DNA from: Octopus vulgaris
Lineage: Eukaryota
Assembly (NCBI GenBank): GCA_951406725.2
Contig: OX597818.1
Coordinates: 107,570,001 to 107,634,000 of the forward strand
DNA length: 64,000 nucleotides
Direction of reading: 5' to 3'
Shown piece by piece: positions 24,960-38,241 of this stretch (position 1 is the first letter of the stretch; every line of letters starts with the position of its first letter). The notes beneath the pieces were generated by a model. The model had not been told where the DNA came from and did no database searches. It was given only the letters and a program-made list of their open reading frames with translations. The position numbers and the translations under genes were made by a program.

Positions 24960-27125
24960 GCTACAAGAAGTAAAATGCTGGTGTTGCAGCCTGCACAGCA
25001 TAAATTGCCTTAGCTGGACGTAGGCATGTTTCCTTTGTGCCTATCTTGGTCAATGTTGTATCTAGTGTTAGTGTCTCAATGGGCAAAATGAATATGAATA
25101 ATTCATACAATGGTGGCAAAGGATACCAGAAGCTCATGTGATGATCTTCTACCTGGCAGGAAATTCCCACAATGCCAAACAGTCTGGAATAATCTGGACA
25201 AAAGAGGTGAATAAGTTACAGAAAGACTATTGCAGCAAGAGTGACTCTGCAAGAAAGTGATGGCAAAAACATATGCCTGACATCTTGGATGAAAGAGGAA
25301 TTTCTTTTACTAAACAAACAAAGTAGACCAAGTCCTAACAGAAGTGGATAGCTATCAAAAGGCCGAATGGTGTGATTGAATTGGAAGGAAATGGTGAGCT
25401 GAGGGAGAGGGCAATAATGAGTAGAAGGGAGAGGATAATAATGAGGAGAGACATTTTGAAATTGAAACAACCATGAAATGTATGGTGAAATGCATGAAAA
25501 GGAAGAAAATAAAACCAGAATGAAACAAGAATATTGTGAATGTAGAATAAATGTAAGTTAATGGATGAGAAGGTTGTAAGGTGTGCATTTTGAATAGAAT
25601 GGCAGATGGGTTAAGCAGTCAATTCTATCAAGTCGGGGTTTATAGGCAGGTAATACTGAAGTAAAAATGCATCAAAAAGGGAAAAGGTAAATGGCTGTTT
25701 TGAGACAAGTGATCTAAGAGAATGTAACGAGCTATACAAAACTGCAGGTATCATAAGTAGGACACTCCGATAGCATAAAGAAGAGACAAAAAAAAACAAG
25801 AAGAAAACAGAGCCTTAGTAGAAGAGAGATCTTGAAGGTGAAATTAAGGGATTTCAAAGGTTTTGTCTCACTTGAATCAGCATATTAAAATAAGTCAGTT
25901 AAAAAGTAAAATTTATGGGACGGCCAATGACAATGAATAAGATTAAAGAGTAGGGTGTTGAAATAGGAATAAAAAAAGAATGAAAAATAGGATAAGTGCC
26001 AAGAATGGAATGATTCTGTAAGAACAGACTCTTTCCGAATAACAAAATTTAAAAAAAAGACTTTTTCAGAAACTGTAAGGAATAGAACGAGAAGACACTA
26101 TTGCAGATCCTAAAAAAGACGGGAATGGTTTGATGAGGTTTATGAGTGAATAATGTTAAAGTTAATGAAGATGCAGATTGGATTTTGAAGGTAAAAAGAA
26201 AAGGGAAAAAGAAAAGAAGACAAAAAAAAAACTAAATGCAACAGGAGATATGCTTTAAAAACAAGCAAAACAAGATCTCTAATTAGAAATCACCAGGCTC
26301 TGATGGAATGCAAGATTACTGGATAAAGAAAATGAAATCCCTCCATTGGAGAATGGCACAAATGTCTGGCAAAAGTGTTGTCACTAATTCCATCCTTAGA
26401 CTCATCACTTGTCTTCCAATGATGGAGAGACTACTGTTCAGCAAAAATTCCAAATAATTCTACCAATATTTAACAAGAAATAAAAATTGATAAGAATTTA
26501 GGACAAATCTACAGCTGTTATAGCCAGGCTATAGATTTTCCTATTATCATTTTCTACTCTAGGCACAAGGCCCAAAAGGTTTGGGGAAGAGGCCAGTCGA
26601 TTAGATTGAACCCAGTACACAGCTGATATTTAATTTCTAAACCCCGAAAAGATGAAAGGCAAAGTTGAACTCAGTGGAATTCAAACTCAAAATGTAAAGA
26701 CTGACGAAATACTAATTTTTTACTACTCACAAGGGGTTAAATACAGAGAGGACAAACAAGGACAGACAAACGGATTAAGTCGATTATATCGACCCCAGTG
26801 CATAACTGGTACTTATTTAATCGACCCCGAAAGGATGAAAGACAAAGTCGACCTCGGCGGAATTTGAACTCAGAATGTAAAGGCTGACGAAATACCGCTA
26901 AGCATTTGACCTGTCCTGCTAACATTTCTGCCATCTCACAGCCTTAAATTTTCCCATTATCATAGGTGCCCTGGGCTGTGTAATAACAAATCTGCATTGA
27001 GGCTTAGAAATGTTAGGGTTTTAATGAAAGAATGGCACAGACTGATTTGCATTCTCCAAATACATCAGATGAACAGTGGGATCTTGTAAAATATTTCAGG
27101 GATTCATTATTTGAGGTTCCTTGAT
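24960..27125 (+). mobile_element. Highly decayed, internally deleted R4/Dong-like retrotransposon interrupted by SINEs
   Basis: KSPGSDGMQDYWIKKMKSLHWRMAQM at ~26287-26365 (pre-RT motif) and PIIIGALG at ~26954 (REL C-terminus). The 5' boundary is uncertain. Confidence 0.55.
26551..26947 (-). mobile_element. Composite (double) SINE family A insertion with a 16-bp target-site duplication
   Basis: ATTTTCCTATTATCAT (26535-26550) and ATTTTCCCATTATCAT (26948-26963) flank two SINE units. Confidence 0.8.
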
Positions 27126-27416
27126 GAACATTTGAACACAATCACACATACATATGAATGTACACACACACATAAACAATAATGAAATGTGTGTTCTATT
27201 ATGACATGCCCACCCACAAATGCAAGGTTCATCCATACACATACAAGCTCACATGCATATATGCATACATCATCACATTCAGGAGGCCACAAGCTCTCAA
27301 GAGTTGGCTTTACAAACAGAAAAGGTGCTTGCTACTCTTTTAGAGACTAGCTTGAATACAGCAATGGAACAAAATTTAAATAAATCTCAAAGAAACCTAC
27401 ATAGATAAATATATAT

Positions 27417-27842
27417 GGAGTGGCTGTGTGGTAAGAAGTTTGCTTCCCAACCATATTGTTCCTGGTTCAGCCCCACTGAGTGGCACTCTGAGCAAATGTC
27501 TTCTACTATCGTCTCACACTAGCCAAAGCCTTGTGAGTGGATTTGGTAGACAGAAACTGAAAGAAGCCCATCGTGTGTGTATGTGTAAACATATATATTT
27601 ATATATGTGTGTGTGTGTTTTTCTGTCTTTGTTTGTCCCCAACCACCACTTGGCACTCGGTGTTGGTGTGTTTACATCCCTGTAATGTAATGATTCAACA
27701 AAAGAGACTGGTAGAACAAGTAACAGTCTTAAAAAAAATAAGTCCTGGGGTCAATCAATTCGTTCAACTAAAATTCCTTGAGTTGGTGCCCCAGCAAGGC
27801 CACAGTCTAATGACTGAAACAAGTAAACGATAAAAGATAAAA
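27417..27842 (+). mobile_element. tRNA-derived SINE family B
   Basis: GGAGTGGCTGTGTGGTAAG head, GGTTCAG B-box-like motif, internal (TG)n and GACTGAAACAAGTAAA tail. Confidence 0.75.
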
Positions 27843-28394
27843 GATTTACACACACACACATACACACACACACTCACATACACACACACATGCACGCACA
27901 TGCTCGTTCATGCATAATTATTTGTAAAATATTCCTTTGTCGGGCAGAGAAGACAAGCTGTGTTGTAATCCAGTTCATCTTTCCGACAACAACAACAAGA
28001 ACCGAATAGTAACATGCTGCTTGTAATACAGAAGATATTATCACCAGAGTTTGATAATCCTTACTTGTATCAATGTTATCACATGAAGTGCCATATCAGT
28101 TACACAACCTTTCAATAGAATACCATTGTATTATTTATATCGGTGTTATCCAATAATTTGCCTAACATGCCATATGATAAGCATGATATCAGATTTCTGA
28201 GGAACCAGTATCTCATGCTTAGCTTTTTCTAAATTTCAAGAAACTAAGCAAACCGTTTAAGCACAATATTCTGATGTTAAGATTTACTTCTATTTAAACT
28301 AATTCTATATTTACTCAGTCTCATAACACCATTCCACCCATTCGGTATAAGATTTATTTCTAATGAATTATCATTGCATTTAAGTGCTATAACT

Positions 28395-28826
28395 AACTCT
28401 CTTTACTCTTTACTCTTTTACTTGTTTCAGTCATTTGACTGTGGCCATGCTGGAGCACCGCCTTTAATCGAGCAAATCGACCCCGGGACTTATTCTTTTG
28501 TAAGCCCAGTACTTATTCTATCGGTCTCTTTTGCCGAACCGCTAAGTAACGGGGACACACCAGCATCGGTTGTCAAGCAATGCGAGGGGGGGGGACAAAC
28601 ATAGACACACAAACACACACATGCATAGATATATATACATATATACGACGGGCTTCTTTTTTTTCAGTTTCCGTCTACCAAATCCACTCACAAGGCTTTG
28701 GTCGGCCCGAGGCTATAGTAGAAGACACTTGCCCAAGGTGCCACGCAGTGGGACTGAACCCGGAACCATCATCATCGTTTAACGTGGTTCGTAAACAAGC
28801 TACTTACCACACAGCCACTCCTGCGC
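28395..28826 (-). mobile_element. Young full-length SINE family B with TSD CTATAACT
   Basis: CpG-rich copy; CTATAACT at 28387-28394 and 28827-28834. Confidence 0.85.
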
Positions 28827-29281
28827 CTATAACTGTCTGACATTATTGTCAATCAAATGGAAGGATTATTGCTATAATATGCAATACTTCAAGAAACAAA
28901 GGCAAGGAATAATGGATTCTATTGAAAACATAAAAATAGTTGTTTTTGCCGTTTTTTCTTCAATAAATAAATGTTTCTTCATTTATGTCCACAGCTGCAG
29001 GCATGGCTGTGTGGTAAGAAGTTTCCTTCCCAATTGCATGGCTCTGGGTTCAGTCCAACTGTGTGGCATCTTGAGCAAATGTCTTCTACTAAAGTTCTAG
29101 CTAACCAAAACCTTGTGAGTGGGTTTGGTAGATGGAAACTAGAAGAATGTGAATATATATGTTTATATATAATATAGGAAAAAATTTTCAAAAAATTTTA
29201 TCAGTGGCCAGCATATTTAAAAATACCTTTTAAGGTGAAAATTATGAACAACTTATAAATAAGGGCAAAAGAAAAAAATTT

Positions 29282-29613
29282 CTATGCCAAATAATCCGAG
29301 AATAGACTTTAAATTGTCATTAACTACATATAATTAATTCATCACTATATGCATGCAACTTGAAGCAAGCTGACAGAAATTTCTAAAAAATTCCGTTATT
29401 ACCGAATCGGTCTGATTTCTAAGTTAATTCATAAAGAATTTACTGCTGCTGATGAGAAAATTCTTTATGAATTAACTCAGAAATCACACTGATTTTGTAA
29501 TAATGGAATTTTAAAGAAATTTCTGTCAGCTTGCTTCAAGACACATGCTTATAGGGATGAATTATATGTGGTTATTGACGATTTGAAGTCTATTCTCAGC
29601 ATATTTGGCATAG
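29282..29613. repeat. Imperfect fold-back palindrome (~160-bp arms, 16-nt spacer) in a Penelope-like fragment
   Basis: CTATGCCAAATA..CTTGAAGCAAGCTGACAGAAATTTCT..AAGAATTT / AAATTCTT..AGAAATTTCTGTCAGCTTGCTTCAAG..TATTTGGCATAG. Confidence 0.85.
29442..29500 (+). ncRNA. Hammerhead-like motif at the fold-back point
   Basis: CUGAUGA (29449-29455), inner stem AAUUC-uuuau-GAAUU, GAAA (29480-29483), UCA-cac-UGA, then UU. Stem I is degenerate here, but the left-arm variant (CGGUAA) would pair with UUACUG. Confidence 0.45.
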
Positions 29614-29995
29614 GTTAGTAGAGTTAGCGGTTGGAATAACCATCTAAGAGATAAGAATATCCGTTTTTACTACTGGTATACATTACCTATGTTAACCCTG
29701 GGTATGGATATGCAAACCTAGGAGACAGGCAATAACAAAATAAACAACAGTTTATCTGGAATCAAATTTATATTAAGCAGAAAAAGTTTTGCATTAAAAA
29801 AATAATAATCGATGGTAATCAATTTGTTTCTTGATCAAGAATTTTCTCCATTTACTACTTAATTTAAATTTATATATATATATATATATATATATAGTTA
29901 ATCCAAACATGAAAACACAAAGAGAAAAAACACAATGTGAGGACGTGGAACAAATATAGTATTATTGGACGCTCAGGAAGGAAGGGAAGAAGGAG

Positions 29996-30032
29996 TGTTT
30001 TACGTTTTGAGCAGAGCTCTTTGTCAGAAACA
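29996..30032 (-). ncRNA. Degenerate minimal hammerhead in a Penelope-type pLTR fragment (~29890-30105)
   Basis: UGUUU CUGACAA A GAGC-ucu-GCUC AAAAC GUA AAACA. Stems I and II are perfect; both core changes (G8>A, G12>A) are CpG-type transitions. Confidence 0.55.
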
Positions 30033-30104
30033 TAGAAAAAGGAAAGATCCAAAGAAGGGAAGACGAAGGAAAAAAAAATTGCCAACGGTACACACACGGT
30101 CACA

Positions 30105-30443
30105 ATCGTTGCCAGAGCGGCTATCTTGCCTCCGTGCCGGTGACACGTAAAAGACACCATTCGAGAGTGAGCGTTATCAGCATTGCCTTACTGGCACCTG
30201 TGCCAGTGGCATGTGTAAAAAGATTTGAGTGAGGTCGTTGCCAGTACCACCTGACTGGCCCCATACCAGTGGCACGTAAAAAGCATCCATTACACTCTCA
30301 GAGTGGTTGGCATTAGGAAAAGCATCCAACTGTAGAAACACTGCCAGGTCAGACTGGAGCCTGGTGCAGCCATCTGGTTCACCAGCCCTCAGTCAATCGT
30401 CCAACCCATTCTAGCATGGAAAGCGAACGTTAAACGATGATGA
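30105..30443 (+). mobile_element. SINE family C (RTE-like 3' tail ending in (GAT)n)
   Basis: Repeated GTGCC.GTGGCAC..TAAAA units, GGCATTAGGAA..GCATCCA..GTAGAAAC, CAACCCAT..AGCATGGAAAG..CGTTAAACGATGATG. Confidence 0.75.
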
Positions 30444-31624
30444 TATAGGTATGTGTCTGTGTTTGTCCACCACTGCCACCATCCCCACTTGACAACCAGT
30501 GTTAGTATGTCCATCCTCTTGTAACTTAGTGGTTTGGCAAAAAAGACCAACTGAATAAGTACTGGGGCCAGTTTGACTAAATATTCCTCAAGGTGGTGCC
30601 CAAGCATGGCCACAGTCTGATGACTGAAACAAGTGGGAGATAAAAAAAAACCTATACATGGTAGGAGGAGGAAAATGTAACTGCAGATATAAAGACAAGT
30701 TAAAAAATCTATAAAGCAACTAAGAACAACCAATTGACAAAGGGGTGGAGAAGTCCCCACCCAGGTAGGATCCAGACACTACTCTGACCACTTCCAGTTG
30801 TTAGTAATACTATTTGGTCATGAATTTCATTTATGAGAGTTGGTTCAACTAAATGTTTTCAAGGTGGTGCTCCAGAATGGCTATAGTCTAAAAAGCAAAG
30901 CAAATACAAGATAAATGATAATAAAAAAAAAACAATTCGTTTCTCTGCTGGTATCAGCTGGACAAGTATTTGAAGCAATATTGCTAAAAGATGGTGTTTG
31001 AGAGCCTCCAAAGACAATGGACACATCTGCTTCCTTGTGAAACCAGCAAAAAAGAGGTCCTTCACGTGTTTTTCAGATCTATTTCCTTTGTTTTAACCCA
31101 TTCAACCTGTTTGCTCAAGAAAGTTAAAAAATGAGGATAATATTTTTCACAGTAAAAACTCTTGAGTGAATTTGGAATTTATTTTCTGTAATATGTTTAT
31201 CAATCATAATTAGAAATTTAATAATAATTTCTCAGAAAACTAATCTAATAAACTCTTCAAAAACTAGTAAGAAGAAGTGAGAGTTATGCATTTCCTAATA
31301 AAACAGTTCCGAACGACAGCATTCGACTACTTGTAGCCATTATTAATGTTTATGACCAATATCAAGTGGGGACATAATATCAAAATGGATTTTCGTGGAG
31401 GAGCAATAAGCAGTGTCATAAATATATATTCTCTTCTCTATTCTTTCACAGCAAAACCATTGATAATTTCTAGATATTTTATAGATCAGTGTAAAGAGAT
31501 GCGAAGGATTCCATTGCAAGGCTTGAATAAGGATTTGTTGTCCGTGCAGTCTCAATGATTTAATGATGGAATTAATGACAACGTTTCGAAAAAGAGTTGC
31601 CCTTTCAGAAGTGTATTGCAACCT

Positions 31625-31682
31625 CTTCTTCTTCTTCTTCTTCTTCTTCTTCTTCTTCTTCTTCTTCTTCTTCTTCTTCTTC
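31625..31682. repeat. (CTT)n microsatellite
   Basis: Direct inspection. Confidence 0.95.
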
Positions 31683-31810
31683 TCTTTCTTTTACTCCTCT
31701 TCCTCCCCTCCTCCCCTCCTCCTTCTTCTACTCCTCCTCCTCTTCTTCCTTTCTTCTCCTTATTAATCTCCTTCTCCTCTTTCTTTTTTGTCCCCCTTCT
31801 TTTGCACCTA

Positions 31811-31861
<51 letters not shown>

Positions 31862-32329
31862 CAGGCTTATTTCAGTTTCCATTTACCAAATCCACTCACA
31901 AGGCTTTGGTCGGCCTGAGGCTATAGTAGAAGACACTTGCCCAAGGTGCCACACAGTGGAACTGAACCCAGAACTATGCTGTTGGTAAGCAAGCTACTTG
32001 CCGCATCCACTCCTATGCATACATTGTCATATTTACAAATGCAAACATTCAAGCTGTTATGCACAATTATTTCCAAAAATATACAAGTAATATCTACAAA
32101 TACAAAATGGTATTTTTGCAGAAAAATCAGCCTGATGTAGAATATAATAAAGCTTGGCTTTTGAATTACTGAATCAAATGGACAACACAGTTTTTGATTT
32201 CTTTGTTCCATTAAAAAGTTCCAGGTTGATGTGATGCTATGGAAGGAAACACTTGCTTGACATACCCTGCAGAAGGATCGTTCCTGGGACCTCAAAATTG
32301 CGAAAGCTGAGTCTCTCACACATACTATT

Positions 32330-32995
32330 CATTTCAAATTTTGGCACAAGGCCAGAAATTTCGGGGGAGAGAGACAAGTTGATTACATCAACATCCAGTC
32401 CTCAACTGCTACTTATTTTATCGATTGTGAAAGAATGTAAAGCAAAGTCAACCTTGGCAGAATTTGAACTCTGAACATAAAGACAGCTGAAATGATACTA
32501 AGCAACTTGCCCAGCATCCAAGCAGTTCTACCAGCCTTCCATCTTTCTTTGATATATAATATTGATTTTCTTCTCAAATGCAAGCCCAAATATTCTGTTC
32601 TACTCTAGGCACAGTGCCCAAAATTTTTTGGTGAGGGGGCCAGCCAATTAGCTTGACCCCAGTATGCAACTGGAGCTTAATTTATCAACCCCGAAAGGAA
32701 GAAAGGCAAAGTCAACCTCAACAAATTTGAACTCAGGGCTTAAAGACATGAAATACCACTAAGCATTCCGCCTGGCTTGCTAACGTCTCTAGGCAGAAGG
32801 GCTGGAATTTTTGGGGAAGGGGGCCAGTCGATTAGCTCGACCCCAGTATGTAGCAGGTACTTAATTTATCCACCCCAAAAGAATGAAAGGCAAAGTTGAC
32901 CTTGGCAGAATTTGAACACAGAATGTAAAGACAGACGAAATGCCGATACGCCTTCTGCCTGACTTGTTAACGTTTCTGCCAACTGGCCACCTTAA
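32330..32995 (-). mobile_element. Cluster of three SINE family A copies
   Basis: AGCAAAG/GGCAAAG..ATTTGAAC motif recurs at ~32442, ~32705 and ~32889. Confidence 0.75.
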
Positions 32996-34364
32996 TGTAA
33001 GCCCAAATATTGCCAAAAAAATCGTTCCAGTTGATTGGTATGAACATAGTATATTACTGGTACTTATTTTTTAACCCCCACCCCCTTCGCCCCATGTGCT
33101 ATAAAATTAAATGCTATAAAGATTCTAGGAGTGTATTCTGTGCTCATAATTGATAAATCTACAAGTAAATCTATCGATTTTACTTCCTGGTAACCTAAAA
33201 ATATTATGATAACTTATCCCTAGTTAACCAATTTATAATTACACCAATTCTAATTCAAGATTTATTCTACATTTCACTGTTTGTAGTCGAAGCAAGATTC
33301 CACACTGTAAATTTTTCCTGGCCCATCCTTATCCTTTGTGTTTCTCAGTAATTTTTGCCAAATAAGTATCAGCTTCCCTTATCACATTTCCATACGTACA
33401 AAACTGTCACATAAAACAATTTTAGTATAATTCTGCAGTCTTCTAGAACATTTGTAGTGCAGTGAAGTGTAATGAAGTGTAGGGCCTCAGATGCTTTCTC
33501 AGCTCTCTCTGTTCCACACACACTCTCTCTTGCTCTCCTCCTTACTCCCTCTCTCTCTCTTTCCTTCTTCCTCTCTCATATTCATATTATACACTTAATG
33601 GTTTATGCTCAAATCATTCCTCTTCTGTCTCTGCAACTTTTCTGATTCTATTACCCAATGTTTCAACTATCATCGATATTTTATCTTACATACTCTCTTT
33701 CATTCACTCACTCTCTCTCTCTCTCTCTCTCTCACCATATTTAAACCATGCCAGATAGTATCATACTAACAACAACAACAACAACAACTTCTGAGTCATC
33801 ATCACAATTTACTCGACACAATCTCCCTAAAACAGAATCCCCTTAAAAAAAAAAAATAAATAATAATAATAATAATAAGTCTGGCAATATTGCTGACTCT
33901 GGAGCAAAACAAAAGAAGAAAAACTTCAATGCAAAACCAAAACAGTTTATAAATGAATCTTGTAATATTCAGAATGGATTGTAGCTTTAACATCATCGAT
34001 AGAAATGAAATCATTCTAAATATTTTTGCTCAGCATAAGTATGCCACTGCACTACACCGAGATACACTACACAACACTGTCATACACTCTGGTAAATAGT
34101 GGAACACTACATTACTCTGTAATACACTGTGATAAATTGTATTATATTGTAGTACAAAATGGTACACTCTAGTACACTGTATTACACTGCTGTATACAGT
34201 ACTTCACAGTGCAACATTACACTTCATTTAACAGTGGTACACTACATTACACTACATCATACAAGACTGTACTGCACTCCACTGAGGTATACTATATTGT
34301 GTAGGCAAAACGATTGTCATGCTAAATAAAGCTTACAGTACACTCCATCTTCCCTATCAATTAC

Positions 34365-34407
<43 letters not shown>

Positions 34408-34465
34408 AGTTTAGCAAAGTAGCATGAAATGATTGTACTACACTACCTTGGATATCTTTGTTGCT

Positions 34466-34566
<101 letters not shown>

Positions 34567-35844
34567 AGAAGAGAGTGAGAGAAGAAGAGAGTGAGAGAAG
34601 AAGAGAGATTATCAACATCATATATGTATGTGCGTGAATGTGTATCTTTTGTATATCCTACATTAAACGAAAGACGTGAACAAACATAAGAAAGAAAAAG
34701 CTAGTGAAAATCCTTTGTGGCTTTTGCTGCTGGAAATTTAGTGAACCATTCCTTGACTCATTCCTTGACTTTTGTCCCTAAATGTTAACATAAAACACAA
34801 AAATAAGTCAGGAAATTTTGAAACCTGCATTATTTTTCTGAAATAAAACAAGTAGACATTTTTTATTTCCAACTTAACATGGATATCTTATCAGAACATC
34901 AAGTACTGCCTTATTAACCTGAAGAGATCCTCTTATATATAGGCACTCGGTGCATTAAAGCACATGCATAGATCTTAGGCGATAAAAATTGTCTGCCGTG
35001 AGCACCAGAATTCCCATATCCCATGATTTCATTCTACTAGAATTTGTCAGTGGGGAGCATCCGGTCACCACACGCCAGTCAAATCATGCTGCCACGATGT
35101 ATAGAACACCAGCATCTTTTCAGACACTGATGTCACAAATGGTCAGCAGGTTCATTAGAAATTGATTATTAGCAGGGGAAGAAGCATTAATATCAAAGGG
35201 TAATCTTTATATCCAACTTAACGTGGATATCTTGTTTGGAACACCCGTCATTAGTTGTACCATTGTCTCAAGCATCAGTTGCAAGATATATTAATGATTT
35301 TTAAGATTGATACATGTCGCTACATTCAGTGAGAGTGGAACCATTGTTCTTTGGTAGTCAAATCGATTCTGGGGAACTGTAAAGCAAAGTCACCTACAGC
35401 AGGATCTGAACTCATGCAATGTGTAATAAAACCGACTTAATCCAGATAATTCCTTCTCTCTAATTAGCTGCTATGCTGCTTTGCATTGATGTTCTTCAGC
35501 TATAGAATTCTTACATTCACCAAGAGAACAATGTGTCTTATTCAATGAAATAACATAAGTGAGTGTGACTGCTAACACATACATGCATACATGCATACAC
35601 GTATATTCGTATGTGTGTGTGTGTGTGTATATATATATATACATGCATGCGTTTATGCGTGTGGTTTAGTAAATCTAGTTTGCTTAATTTAGGTATACTT
35701 ATCCAAGATGTCGCACACCTGCTTACGTTAACAACAGTTACAAGAACAACTTAAGTAGCAGCTATCATTACTGTGGCAGATTCTTTAATGATTCTGCCAT
35801 TGGTACAGCAACTATCATAATTAAATCAAGAACCACCAACATTG

Positions 35845-35986
35845 ACTGCCGCCACCACCACCACCACCACCACCACCATCGCTACCACCAATGCCTTTAC
35901 GATACCACTTGTACTTGCTGCTGTCATAGTAAATACAAACATTGCCATCAATCATCCTCATCACCATCATCATTATCATCACCACC

Positions 35987-36020
<34 letters not shown>

Positions 36021-36117
36021 TCATCACTGCCATTATCGTCATCATCAATATTGTGGTCATCAGTGCCATACTCCTCACCCCTACCACCACCACAACTGAA
36101 TCAACAACAACAACAGC

Positions 36118-36155
<38 letters not shown>

Positions 36156-36513
36156 CGACAGCAATTCCAGCCATAGCATGTAGTTGCTGTTGTTGCCGTT
36201 ATCTTCATCGGCAACAACAGCCACAAGACCGCCATGACCACCCTCACCAAACATTCCATTCCCCTTCAACTCCAGCATTGCTGCTTGACACTTCCATCAT
36301 CAATTATCCCCAGCACCAGAAAAACAGTCAAAGATGGTGACAGATGCTGGAGGGCATTGAGGAGCTGACAAACGCTGCCATCCCTTTGCGTAGAGAAGAT
36401 GACCTTGGAATTACAAAGCTTACTTGAAGAATGCTTATGAGGCTGTAACTCTGATTACAATGACTCACCTACGCCGATACAGACACGGGTTTTCGAGGAA
36501 AGCAACGATGATG

Positions 36514-36552
<39 letters not shown>

Positions 36553-36555
36553 GTA

Positions 36556-36603
<48 letters not shown>

Positions 36604-36606
36604 GTA

Positions 36607-36672
<66 letters not shown>

Positions 36673-36729
36673 GTAGTAGTAATAATGATAGTAGTAGTAA
36701 TAATAATAGTAGTAGTAATAATAATAATG

Positions 36730-36820
<91 letters not shown>

Positions 36821-36863
36821 TAATAATAATAATAATAATGATGATGATGATAACAACAACAAC

Positions 36864-36918
<55 letters not shown>

Positions 36919-36958
36919 GTAATAATAATAATGATAATAATAATAATAATAGTAATAC
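35845..36958. repeat. Compound trinucleotide microsatellites (CAC/CAT/CAA, then ~450 bp of (TAA)n)
   Basis: Direct inspection; includes unique sequence at ~36160-36505. Confidence 0.9.
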
Positions 36959-37394
36959 AATGCTCATACCATGAAAAGTGGAGACAGAGAAGAAAAAGAC
37001 GCAACTTAAGCCAGCAGCTGAAAGTGTAGCCGCATTGGAAAGTTGTAGAATCTTTGCTGTTTAAATTGCTTCCTTCTGAAAAGATGAACTTGTTGAAGTG
37101 GATGAAGAAGTAGGAACATTTGAACCGGGTCTCAGTTTGCAGAGTCACACATTTCATGAACAGTTTGGCAGAGACATAATGATGATGATGATGATGACGA
37201 TGATGAGAGGCAGAAGAAGAAGTAAAAGTTAGAGCCATCATCATCATCATCATCAAACACTACTAGTTATTTGGTAGAGAGAACGCATTCACTTTTACGT
37301 ACACACAAAACACCACAGATTCATTTAACACAAGAACGAGTGCCTGAAAAGACCAACACACACACACACATGCACACTCACATATACATGTTTC

Positions 37395-37620
37395 TTTTTA
37401 ACCACAAGGGACTACACACAGAAGGGACAAACAAGGACAGACAAACGGATTAAGTTGATTATATCGACCCCAGCGCGTAACTGGTACTTATTTAATCGAC
37501 CCCGAAAGGATGAATGGCAAAGTCGACTTTGGTGGAATTTGAACTCAGAACATAACGGCAGACGAAATACGGCTACGCATTTCGCCCGGCGTGCTAACGG
37601 TTCTGCCAGCTCGCCGCCTT
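37395..37620 (-). mobile_element. Young SINE family A copy
   Basis: Minus strand: GGCGGCGAGCTGGCAGAACCGTTAGCACGCCGGGCG..CTGAGTTCAAATTCC..CATCCTTTCGGGGTCGATTAAATAAGTACCAG. Confidence 0.85.
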
Positions 37621-37830
37621 CACATATACTCACATATATATATATGCACACATAGCCAAACACATATCACCTGTCCACAGTCACTAATGTAATGAATACC
37701 TGTATCAGAGACTTTGTAATGTTATCACTTCTCCCTCAGACATATCCCAGATATCCAACAACTTTCTGTCTGTCTGTCTGTCACTATTTATTTAGTATTA
37801 TCTATCTGTAAATCTAACTACATACATATA

Positions 37831-37912
37831 TATCGTCATCATCTTCATCATCATCATCATCATCATTACCATCATCACCATCATCATCATCATCATCATC
37901 ATCATCCTCATC

Positions 37913-38003
<91 letters not shown>

Positions 38004-38067
38004 CCATCACCACCATCACCATCATCATCATCATCATCCTCATCATCATCATCATCGCCTTCAACAT

Positions 38068-38139
<72 letters not shown>

Positions 38140-38152
38140 CATCTTCATCATC

Positions 38153-38186
<34 letters not shown>

Positions 38187-38241
38187 CCATCACCACCATC
38201 ACCATCATCATCATCATCATCTTCATCATCATCATCATCAT
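37831..38241. repeat. (CAT)n microsatellite, expanded tail of a family C SINE
   Basis: Followed directly by TTTAATGTCCGTTCTCCA. Confidence 0.9.

Noticed and set aside
31575-31612. Minus-strand CTGAAAG..CGAAACGTTGTC as a hammerhead
   Set aside because: The core is not CUGANGA and no stem II can form.
30859-31621. Minus-strand ORFs 30859..31065 and 31343..31621 as exons
   Set aside because: No consistent in-frame splice sites and no recognisable homology.
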